Shown here one piece after another: positions 1-10,426 of a DNA stretch of 64,000 nt. Source of the stretch: Cetorhinus maximus (lineage: Eukaryota); assembly GCF_964194155.1 (NCBI RefSeq), contig NC_135897.1, positions 59,582,001 to 59,646,000 of the forward strand. Reading direction: 5' to 3'. Every line of letters begins with the position of its first letter. Position 1 is the stretch's first letter. The position numbers and the translations under genes are program-made. The notes beneath the pieces are model-generated. The model ran no database searches. It worked only from the letters and a program-made list of their open reading frames with translations, and was not told the origin of the DNA.

Positions 1-258
1 GCTCGACACCATCCAGGATAAAGCAACACACTTGACTGGCACCCCATCCAGCAAGTTAAACACATTGGCCTGAATTTTACACATTGTGCGCACGCGATTA
101 GCAGGCCCAGAAGCGGATACGTTATCCGTTCCCACCTGCGATCGCGACCCAGATGCAATTTCATGCTAATTGGCCAATTAAGGGCTGGCCAGTGTGAAAT
201 GGGCCCGGACGTTGGCTCAGCACTGCCGGCGGGGGCAGGTGGGGGGGCTTTGGTCAAT

Positions 259-1090
259 AGCGCATCAGATCAGATGGTAGTGAACAGTGATGAGGGCACA
301 TCACACTTGCATGAGGAGTTGGCAGAGGCAAAGAATGCCCAGGGCACTGGCAGTCGGGGGACTGCTGGCAACCAGGACCATGCTGAGTCCGGGGCAGATG
401 CTGAACCTCTGGAGTTGTCCATCAGGCAGCAGATGCTGGATGTCCAGTGGGATGAACATTCGGCAGAGATCCCTAAGGGTCTGCGTGCCATGGACTCTGT
501 CATCAGGAGTCCATGTGGAGCGTGAGAACTGTGTTGACCCGAAGCTTCCAACACACAGCCTCCTCCATTGAGAGAGTGGCGACTCTCATGGGGAAGCAGC
601 TCCAGGAACAGAATCAGGGGTTCCTGGGGTCACACTTGGATTTGTAAGCCCTCACACTGGCAGTGACCTCCGCAGGTAACTGCCAGTGTGAGAGATGGAC
701 GAGGCACCTGGTCTCTCAGCTGGGTGCCCGTCCATCAATGGTAAGCAGGGAGGTTCAAACCAACCTTGCGCTGGCAGACGAGCTGCATGTCTCATCCACG
801 GGCTCCTCTCAGGCTGCTCCAGATGAGGGCACCAGCTCCTCCGCCCCTCTGCCACTACCCGTGGCACCTGATGAGGCCGTGACGACTGAGGAGTGCCCAG
901 CCATGGCATTGGACATTCCCTCCCAAGCAGTGCCTTCCCAGCCTCCACCGGCCAGAGGATGCCAGCCAAGGTAATCAGGTCCAACAGGACATCACAGTCC
1001 ACAGGCTGCCTCTAATGCTCATGCCAGAGAGAAAGGGGGCGGGGGTCACCAAGATGCTGTACTCGCAAGCAGAGGTTTAAGGCACTATAA
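259..1090 (+). pseudogene. Harbinger Myb/SANT gene, last-exon remnant (SANT exons deleted)
   Basis: Homologous to exon 3 of H2/H3/H4 (DEGTSHLHEELAE...PLELSIRQQML; DEGTSSSAPLP); ends CTRKQRFKAL-stop at 1088-1090; frameshifted. Confidence 0.8.
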
Positions 1091-1380
1091 ACATAAGAGG
1101 GGTTGTCACGGGTGATATAACTTCAGTTGAAACATGTTCTTTGTTCAAATTGTGTAAACATGGCCACCATTTAAATATGTCATCGTGTATTATGGCCTGA
1201 ACATGCTTCCTGTTTCTCATAGGTGTTGGGCATGGGAGTGGCTTGTGACAGACAGGAAGGGCTGCAAACTTTATTTCAGAGGTTGTTACTTGACATAAGA
1301 GTCACAGGATAGCCTCATCAGGAACATTCAGTAAGGAGGCGTCATCCTCGTCCTCACTTTCAAGCCATGCCTTGGATGCC

Positions 1381-2549
1381 CAGCTGAATGACTGGAGAAT
1401 CAAGGCCTCCCTGGTCTCCCTGCCTCCCCACAAGGTTCCTCACTCCTGTAGCCATGTCCTCACTCTGGGACTTCTCCGGCTCCTCATCAGACCCATCAGT
1501 TGAGTTGACCTTTGCAGCCTGGAGAGCTGCCTCGCTGTCTTCATCCTCCAATGGGTCCCCGCTTGACAGAGCCAGGATCTGCAGAGCGCAACACACGGTG
1601 ACAATAAACGAGAAGTGCTCTGGAGGATATTGCAGTGCTCCCCCCAATCGGTCCAGGCAGCAGAACCTCACCTTGAGCAGGCCTACGGTCCGCTCAATTA
1701 CCGCCCTTGTGGAGGCATGACTTCGATTGTACCTCTCCTCTGCTTCAGTCATTGGGTGTCGGAGTGGCGTCATGAGTCACCTTTTCAGAAGATAACCTTT
1801 GTCACCCAGGAACCAACCATCCAACCGAGCTGGAATGACAAAGAGCCGTGGCACCTGGATGTACGCATCATGGGAGCTACCCAAGTACCTGATGCAGTCC
1901 TGCAAGATTTGTGTCCTGTGGTTGCAAACAATCTGGACATTGATGGAGTGGAATCCCTTTCTGTTGACAAAGGCACCTGGCTCACCCGCTGGCATCTTGA
2001 TGGCCACATACAGGCAATCCATGACATCCTGGATATGGGGGAACCAGCAACTGCAGCGAGTCCTCTGGCTCACTCAGCCCGGAAATGAGTGAAATTCTTG
2101 ACCCATCTGAACACAGTGGCAGTGACCAGCTTGATGCAGCTGTGGGCAGCAGATTGGGGAACATCACATAGATCTCTGGAAAGAACTGGAGGCGAAAACA
2201 CCAAAAGCATAGGGTGGCCACCTACACACTTTGAGGCGATCTCTGGGCCAATCACCTGACATATGGAGGTCATAGTCTCCCTAGAGAGGCAGGATCTCCT
2301 TTGACACTGGTGCTCAGACATGTCCAGGTAGCTGAAGTGCTGCCTATAGACTCTCACTGCAGGATAATTGCATCTTCTGCAGACCCTTCTGCCTTGCAAT
2401 ACCTGCTGGCGCTGCACCCCCTCTGACCACGCCTCTCTTCCCACAGCTCACTCTCCGAGATGCTGCCTGCAGACACCAGGCCTCCTCTCCCTTCAGGTCC
2501 TCTCCTCCTCTTCAGAGGAGGTCCCAACAGCAGAGTAGACAATCCCCAT
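1381..2549 (-). pseudogene. Harbinger DDE transposase (HARBI1-like), disrupted
   Basis: MGIVYSAVGTSSEEE start; RVYRQHFSYLDMSEHQC; [16 protein letters not shown]; GSSHDAYI; GDKGY; [27 protein letters not shown]; spread over several frames. Confidence 0.93.
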
Positions 2550-3619
2550 TTGCTGGAATACAGATGGCAGAGGTAGAAAACCTCTAAGGAAGCTTGTAAG
2601 CCAAAGAGTCCACTTGAAAACTCAGGAAATACAATGAACTGTCAGAAAACCACCAACAACCAACATCTAAAACTCTGCCTACTAACATTGCCAAGGCTCT
2701 GGTCAACTTTTACCCAGCCCCGGATTGAGTTTCAATTAAAGACAGGATGGCCTTGTGTCATACAATTGCCTTTTTAATAGGCTTAATTTGGCGTTTAATT
2801 GCCGGCAGGTGGACTTCTGCGCCCGCCCGATGACTGTAATATGGCACGACGGCACAACGATTTCTCGTGCGATTTCATGCGAGTTTGCGTCGGCTGCGCA
2901 CCCGGTCCTAGAGAGTAAAATTCTGGCCATTCACCACCTGTGCACTCTGGCAGCAGTGTGTACCATCTACAAGATGCACTGTAGCAGTTCACCAAGGTTG
3001 CACACATCCGAAGAAAGATAGGTGTAACCAGCATCACATATGGACGACAGTGGGTGGACTATCATCATTGAAAATCCTGAATCCACAGAAAGAAGAGATG
3101 TTACAACTAAGAGGCAAAGGTACAGGTGACCCTGTAGGAGAGAGAAGAGGTTGGAGGTGAGTTGGCAAGAAGAGGTTGGTAGAGGCTGCGTATCATCTGT
3201 TGTTTTATCCCCATAGGCTTTCTTAGATTATTATAATATCCTTACTCTCACCGGCTTTTTTTTTGAAGGGTGAATATATGCGTTCACTGCTAAACAAGCT
3301 CTTTTGCCTTTCATACAAGTAGTAGCTCAGAGTATTATATCAATCACTCTGATGACAGCCCAGGTACTTCCGGATCCTTATGTCACACTCAAACTAAATC
3401 TGTCCTGGAATTTTGTGTACAAGATCCAGTACAGCGTCACCCACTTGAAGGAGAATTGTTAAACAATCTGAACACTTTTCACCGGGAAGTCACTAAGAAC
3501 TAGTGAGGTTGAGAACCTGAAAATAGAAGAAAAGGTTAGCCTATTCCTCCATGGAGGAGGAGAAGTTACCACACTCGGCTGAGTTTCCTCAGCACCCAAA
3601 GTCAGACCTGAGGGAAAAG

Positions 3620-3830
3620 GATGGTGGTCAAGGTTGCAACCTAGAACATCACTGCAGGAGCTCCTCTGGAATTCTGGCCTAGTCATTTTCGGCTGCTTCA
3701 TCATTGACATTCCTTCCACCATAAGGTCATTCATAAGGCTTAGAACAGGGCTTAGTGTATAAACACATCTTGGGCTGATACATGGCAGGCAACATACGTG
3801 CCACATACATCCCAATCTCAGAGGCTTAAT
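3620..3830 (+). mobile_element. Degraded LINE reverse-transcriptase fragment
   Basis: acatcactgcaggagctcct...gctgcttcatcattgacattccttccaccataaggtca resembles the GVPQGS...FINDLPS region and matches 5130-5220. Confidence 0.55.
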
Positions 3831-4482
3831 ATTGAAAGGAACAATGATTGATAACATTGATCTCAAGTGCAGGCATTGTATAAGGTTTCGATGCATATGA
3901 AATAATGGATAAATGGGAGGAGTCCACAACTTCCCAGCTACAACATGTGGCAGGAATTTTCTCGACATGCACAATACCCTAGAAACTACAACAGCTTGGG
4001 AGATTGGTGCAGCATTCAGTCATCAGGAAGGCCTCCTGAGGACATCAATGGTTTTCACAACAGTAGTTAATAGTGCTCCTATAGATGCTTTGAACTGGAC
4101 ACTTTCACAGGGCTTTTTGGAACTGTTCATTTTGTGATAACACCAACCAGTAACACTTCAGAGTTTGTGCCCAGCTACTGTGGATTGCAAGCATTGTGTA
4201 CAGATTTTGCTACTTCACCAGTGACAAAAAATGGATTCCTTAGTGTCTCCATCAGTCAGGAAGTGTTGGATCTGTCTAGGTTTGGGCAGGAGTCCTAGAA
4301 AATGTATTAAATGAAGCCCATTATTAAAATCGGCAAAGTCTTGACATCTTTATTGTATACGAGTGTGGCATCCAACTTTGGGTCTTGGTCCTGCACTTCT
4401 ACATTCCCCTTCACCCCTCCGCACCACAGTTAAAATCAGAGCTAGTGTGTAGAATCAGTAAGGATGAAAAAATGTAAAAATT

Positions 4483-4606
4483 AAATACTGGATGCTGGAG
4501 ATGGAAAATAAAAACAGAAAATGCTGAAAATACTCAGCAGATCTGTCAGCATCTGTAGACAGAGAAACAGGGTTAACGTTTCAGGTCGATGACCTTTCAT
4601 CAGAAT
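4483..4606 (-). repeat. Penelope-associated short repeat with hammerhead-like core
   Basis: Same repeat as 26551-26740, 33652-33829 and the end of the Penelope element (~54855-54955); minus strand reads CTGATGA-AAGGTC-ATC-GACCT-GAAA-CGTT-AAC. Confidence 0.75.
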
Positions 4607-4734
4607 TTAAGTCTGACAGCAGCACAAGCAATGTTAAACCTATTAGGAAGGTTTAAATTGATGGATTGTTCATTTTGAGTGGCTGGCCACTGGCAGCAAG
4701 GGAGGGAACTCGATCATTGTACATTAATGAAGCA

Positions 4735-5415
4735 TTTAAGCTGCTCTTCTAGCCAAGCTGTTTCAATACAGCAACAAGACTGGCACTGACCTGATAATGT
4801 GGAAGATTGCCCAGGTTTATCAGGTCCATAAATAAATGTGAAGAATCTAAGCTGGCTAATTACTACCCTATCAGCCTCCTCTCAATCATCAGCAGACTGA
4901 TACAAGGAGTCAGTAATAAAGCCATCAAGCAACACCTACTCACCAATGAGCAAGAGCCGAATGTTAGTGGAGATGTGAATAGCTGCCCTCGATATCAAGG
5001 TAGCATTCACCTGGACATAGCATCATGCACATATCAAAATGGAGGTCAATGGGAGTCAAATCTTCAATGTCTGGAGCCACACTCGAGAAAAGAAAATGAT
5101 TTAGGTTGCCAAAAACCAATCATTGCAGACCTAGAAGTGCTGAAGGAATTCCTCTGGGAAACGTTCATGGCCTAATTATCCTCACTTGCTTCATCATTGA
5201 CCTTCCTTCATAAGGTCAAGAGTGATAATAATACCTCCGTGTTCAGCTCCATTCACAACACATTACAGGACCTGGTATTTATATATAGGCTTTGGTTGAC
5301 AAATGGCAGGTAGCAACCTTGAAATAAGGGAAAGCCCAACCATTTCCCCTTTTCTTTCAATGGCACCATTGTTAACATTCTGAGAATCACCAATGAACAG
5401 AAGTTTAACTGACTG
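4735..5415 (+). mobile_element. Degraded LINE RT fragment
   Basis: LAKLFQYS...MWKIAQV; SKLANYYPISLLSIISRLIQGVSNKAIKQHLL; FIIDLPS; LVDKWQV; multiple indels. Confidence 0.8.
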
Positions 5416-5678
5416 TTAAAATTGCTCAGGCTACTTACCTAACCTAGAGTTACGATACCTGACTGTTTCCAATTTTAACACAATCCTGTTTTTAAAAATT
5501 TACTAGTGCTAACTGTTTTTAAATGGAGCCAACGGAATTAGATAAAGTTTTTCAGATATAAGGAATGTAGAAATTGAAAATAATTAGGACAAAGGTTTCT
5601 ACAAAAAAGTGTGTTCGTTAACTTTCAGAGCTTGACCTTCCTCTTCAACATAAGAGATGATGTCTGTCCATACCCTTA

Positions 5679-6062
5679 ATGTGGTATTTAATGGAGGTGA
5701 CAGGGGTCTCACTCGATGGCTGGAGAGCTGGTGAGAGCCCCTTCTCGCCTCTTTTAGGGAAGGCCCGCTGTACCAAGTGCCACTTAGGCAGTTATCAGAC
5801 TAGTGGCCCTGGCCTTCCCCAGCATCAAGGACCCCTGGGGATGGAAGTCCCACCCACTGAGAGCTGCTGGCCGTTCATTAATTGACCACTTAAGGGCTTC
5901 AATTGGTGGCAGGGCAGGAAGGCCGTCCACAGGCCTTTCTGCCACATTTTTAATCGGGGTGGAGGAAGAAAAGAGGCGGTGTCCCCACTCCCCACCCTTC
6001 CACCCAATTAAATGCCCCCTTGCTTCTGAACTCACCATGGGTGAGGGCATTAAATGCTGCCC
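5679..6062. mobile_element. Short non-autonomous DNA element (MITE-like)
   Basis: Imperfect terminal inverted repeats (gtggtatttaatg / cattaaatgctgccc); internal ggaagtcccaccc...gagctgct.gcc motif shared with ~15917-15950. Confidence 0.5.
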
Positions 6063-6629
6063 TTAGTTTTCCTATCAGGTGCAACACTAGGAAATCCATG
6101 CAATTAAATTTCAATGCAAAAGTGTATCAGCTTCAGTTCTTTCCTTTGTAGATTGAGAAATGTTGGCAGACAGTCACAAAATCTGATTGTTTAAGTGGTA
6201 TACTTTATCTTTTCTATCCCAGTAACTTTCAAGTAATTGATTTTTTTCTATACTTTAATAAATAAGTCATATTCCCTGTGCTGAAATATAACTTACCTTG
6301 CATCAGACAAGGTAAATCATCTTTCAGTACAGGGAGTATGATTGATTTAAATAGTTATTGGGGAAGGTAGCCAGGTTATTCAGCGCATTGTTGTGCCAAC
6401 AACTCAATGGCACAATGTGGGGGAACACATGCTCATTCGCATTGTTTTCCAAATTGCAAAACCTTGATTTCAGGTGGATGTTGAGGGTAGGAATGAACAG
6501 GTCAAAGCATGTCCTTACCTATCCAGAACGGAGGAAGAATTAGAAGAATTAGTAATTTTGGATCCCTCTCATACACCCACTAACATCCAACTCAAGACTG
6601 TCTTTGAGAGAAAGCTGGTTCCCCAAAAT

Positions 6630-6970
6630 CTACTTCCCCATTCTCAGTCAGGAATGGTGTATGGTCCCATGCTCTGAAATTTCTTCCCTAAACCCCTCCA
6701 GCTCTCCACTGTTAAGACCCCGCTTAAAATCCACAGTTTTGCAAAAGCTTTTGGTTATCCATGCTAATGTCCATTCCATCATATGGCTCAGTGTCTATTT
6801 TTTGATTGTGGTTCTGTGAAGCACATAGGGGGATTTTTACAGCCCTGTTGAGGTGAGGGCGGAGCCATCAAATGCGGCGAGCGTACAAAAGTCCATTGAC
6901 TTCAGCAGGACCTGAAAATCCCACTGGTGGGAGGGACCATAAAATTCTGCCCTTAGAGTCTTTTCCTATA
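6630..6970 (+). mobile_element. L2-type LINE 3' end, interrupted by a mini-MITE
   Basis: ctctgaaattt...ccctaaacc...ttaag...cttaaaa...ctgtgaagc tail; its reverse complement begins at 6973. Confidence 0.6.
6828..6952. mobile_element. 125-bp Harbinger-type mini-MITE
   Basis: GGGGGATTTTTA...TAAAATTCTGCCC ends; flanks ATA/TTA; interrupts the L2 tail. Confidence 0.6.
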
Positions 6971-6972
6971 AT

Positions 6973-7410
6973 AGCAACAACAACTTACATTTATGTTGCA
7001 TCTTTGATGCAGTGAAACATCCAAAAGCACTTCATAAGAGACTTATCTAACAAAGTTTGACATCAAGTCATATAAGGAGCTATTAGGTCAGATAACCAAC
7101 AGCTTGGCCAACAAGGTAGGTTTTAAGGAGCATCTTAAAGGGAGGAAATGAAGAGCTTTAGGGAGAGAATTCCAGAGCTTTTGCCCTAAGCAGCTGAAAG
7201 TACAGCTACCAGTGGTGGAATAATTAAAATTGGCAATGTGTAAGAGGTCAGAATTGGAGGTGTGCAGAGATCTCGGAGGTTTATAGGGCTGGAGTTGGTT
7301 TCAGAGATAGAGAGGGTTGAGATAGAACTGGCTGTCATCAGCATGCATGTGGAACCTGACACTGTTTTCAGATGATGTCACTGAGGGCAACATGCAAACG
7401 AGAACTAGAA
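6973..7410 (-). mobile_element. L2-type LINE 3' end, tail-to-tail with the previous copy
   Basis: caacaacaacttacatttat...cacttcataag...ggtaggttttaaggagcatcttaaag...gaattccagagc is the reverse of the L2 tail also seen at 62285-62610. Confidence 0.65.
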
Positions 7411-8519
7411 TCCTGCATTAAAGGGACAATGTAAAAGACTAAATGAAAGCGTCCTGATGCACTTTCTCCATCAGATCCTTGGTATCATAGCTTGGTTCTT
7501 TGACTTTCCTTTCAGCCATATTTTCTAAATGCACTCGCTTTTATCTTTGTAATGTGAGAAGAGCTACAAGTTGCATATTGTTTTAGAATTGTTCGTGAGC
7601 TTGCTTCTCTCTGCAGCTATTTGTTTCTTATATTGGCTGTCATATCTACTAGTTCTTGTACATTCCTTCCATGACAAGCTGACAGTCTTCTGCAAGCAAA
7701 TTGGCCTTTGGCCTTCTAAAATGCAATAAGTGCTCCAAGTTATCTAATTATAATGTGGAATTGTGAACACTCTGACATTCATTTTTGGTGTATTTAATCT
7801 GTAAAATTATAGCATTGTGACAAAAACATGAACAGAAAAGGTAAAAGTGCTTACATTTTAAATCATTTAATGTATAGTAGATTAAATTTTAAACTGTGAC
7901 AATGATTAAAATGATACAAGTGATTGTAGGAGATACAAGTACAAAAAGTAATAAGAAGTATTTTAGTGTCGGACCAGCTTGGAAAATGACTCAGATCCAT
8001 GAACTTATAATGGTCAAAATACACTTTCGAAACTTGCCCCAGTTTTGGGGGCAGTCCTGAACCTCTTGAGTTAGTAACTACAGTCTCCACAATGGAATGG
8101 TACTCTACTTGTAATTTTCAAGCGACCTATATGTGAAGTGAATAAAAAAGCTTGTGCTAATCAAACCTTACTGTTTAGGGAGATTCCAGGTCGGATTGAT
8201 CCCTATTGAATCTGTGCCATAATTGCTGAAATGAGCTGGAATAATGGAAGCATTATAATTGGTGTCAGAGTCTGCAGGTAGGAGTGGGAAGAAAGAAAAA
8301 GTTCTGGAATGTATTGCACTGGAAATTCACCTACAAAAAATGAATTCAAGTATCTGTGAATGGAAGAACATTGCACTGTTATACTGGGACATTACAAAAC
8401 TACTAATTGCTAACTTTAAAATAACCTATTGTGTTGCCCTGATTTTCGGGCATGAGTATCATGATTCACAATGTGCCTGTGCCCATTCAGATTGAGGTGG
8501 GCAGCATGCAAATTTGGTA

Positions 8520-8700
8520 CACTCATCCTGGCTTGGAACTATATTGTTGTTCTTTCATCATTGCTCAGTCAAAATCCTGGAACTCCCTCCCTACACTAGA
8601 TGGACTGCATCATTTCAAGAGGGTGGCTCACTACCACCTTAAGGGCAACAAGGGATGGGCAACAAATGCTGGCCTTACTAACAATGCCCACATCACGTAA
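8520..8700 (+). mobile_element. LINE 3' tail fragment
   Basis: gtcaaaatcctggaactccctccc...ttcaagagggtggctcactaccac...gggatgggcaacaaatgctggcc; this tail is also on the SINEs. Confidence 0.7.
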
Positions 8701-9149
8701 ACTAATTATAAAAAGGCATCTTAGGCCCAATTCTGCCAGTAATCCCGCATTGGGCTAAGAATTTTTGGTCTTAATCTTAGTTATCTGGGAATTCTGATGA
8801 GCGAGCTTCACTTACAAATGTTTAATGTACTCACATTACAAATAAACAAGTGAACACCCACATAAAATTAGTGCTACAGCAGATTTTAAGAGTGTGGTAA
8901 CATTTGCATATGATGTTTGCTCATCAAAATTTCTAAAATGTGGAGTCACTGAACATAATAATTGATTGAATTTTGATCATACTTTACTCAAAATAACTTG
9001 CTTCTTTGTCTGCAAAGGTCATGTGCCTATAAATTATAATGTTTGTTTACTCCACTATATTTAAGCACAAAACAATTTGGCTTGTCATTGTTGTAATGCT
9101 AGTTCGGAGATTAATACATCAAAGGGAAAGGATTTATTGTTAATGAAAA

Positions 9150-9505
9150 CATAGCTGGGTCTGAGCATGCAAGTCACTAAAGTGAGCTTTTGTGGCCACA
9201 GTATTTATGTGGCTGGTCCAGTTAAGTTTCTGGTCAGTGGTAACCTCCAGGAAGTTGATGGTGGGGATTCGGCGATGGTAACGCTGTTGAATGCAAAGGA
9301 GAGGTGGTTAGATTCTTTCTTGTTAGAGGTGGTCATTGGTCTTTGTTTGGCACTTGTGTGGCATAAAAGTTATCTGCCATTCATCGGCCCAAGCCTGAAG
9401 GTTATCCAGGTCTGCTTCATTATCTGAGGAGATGGTGCGGAACACTGTACAATCATGAGCAAACATCCCCACTTCTGACCTTATGGTCGAGGGATGATCA
9501 TGTGA
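9150..9505 (-). mobile_element. LINE RT fragment
   Basis: Reverse strand reads ADLDNLQAWADEWQITF.PHKC and RSEVGMFAHD (YADD-type region). Confidence 0.7.
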
Positions 9506-10426
9506 AGGATTAATTGTGAAAGTGCTCCTTTAAAGGGTAAAGTGTTCCGACCCCAGGGTTGGACAAGAAGGAAAACGAAGTAATGTTCATTGTGCTACCT
9601 CATTCACTTTGGCAGCAATGTTCTGCAGTTGTGGGTGAGGGGTTAGTGTTACTGTTGTGCCATCTACCTTCAAGAGGCTTTAGTGATAACTCTGGATGAT
9701 TTGATGTCATTGATATCCAAGAGTCCGCTCTCCCCACCTTCACTGCCTCCTGGCGAGTTTGGAAATCTGAATGAGTAAAGATTTTGTGGGGTTTTTTTTA
9801 GCTTGGTGCCATGTTCTGCTGCCCTCTGGGCACAGATGGTGCCTGACTGTTCATAATAATAAAAGTATAATAAAAGGTTGCTAAGTCAAGCAGCAAGGTT
9901 ATTTGAGAGTGAAAGAACCAAGCAAATCTGTTGCTGAATTGTCTTTTTAAAAGCTGTGCACAACATTTCAGGTTGTTCAGTTGCTTACATTGTTTTGCAT
10001 AGGTTTTACTAATACCTACACTCCTTGAATGCAAATAAATAAACCAAAGAAGGTCATGTGCAGCTCCTGCTGGAGTATCTGACTACATTTCTAGCAGCCT
10101 GCGTGGATTAATGATGGAGGGACCTATGGGGCTCCAGCAAAATATGGTGTTCCTGTCAGGGGAAGTTTCACTTAATTAGCCATAGGGGAGAATTTTCCCC
10201 ATATTGGGCGGGGCGTGCGGGAGCGGGTGCTGGCGGTCGGCGGCGATCAGGTCCGCGCCGTCATTTTGCACAGGCGAGCCAATTAAGGCCTGCCCAGCGT
10301 GTTTGGCCAGTCCCGGGGACGGCGGGAGTGGGCATGCGCAGGCAGAACGGCAATCACCGCCGGGTCCAATGGCGACCCGGTGGCCTGTTTAAAGGCCAAG
10401 CTGCAGCCGCACCAAGGCTGCTATAC

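Larger units (their letters stand above)
67..2928. mobile_element. PIF/Harbinger transposon H1, internally deleted
   Basis: TIRs GGCCTGAATTTTAC (67-80) and GTAAAATTCTGGCC (2915-2928); exact TSD ATT (64-66, 2929-2931); transposase and Myb exon-3 remnants inside. Confidence 0.92.
1..3000 (+). mobile_element. CR1/L2-group LINE 3' fragment, split by a Harbinger insertion (pieces 1-66 and 2929-3000)
   Basis: ctcgacaccatccaggataaagca...aaacacatt | caccacctgtgcactctggcagcagtgtgtaccatctacaagatgcactg reads as one LINE ORF2 C-terminus (LDTIQDKA...AVCTIYKMHC) across the insertion. Confidence 0.75.

Noticed and set aside
3459-3974. 171-aa minus-strand ORF
   Set aside because: It overlaps a degraded plus-strand LINE fragment and shows no recognisable motif.
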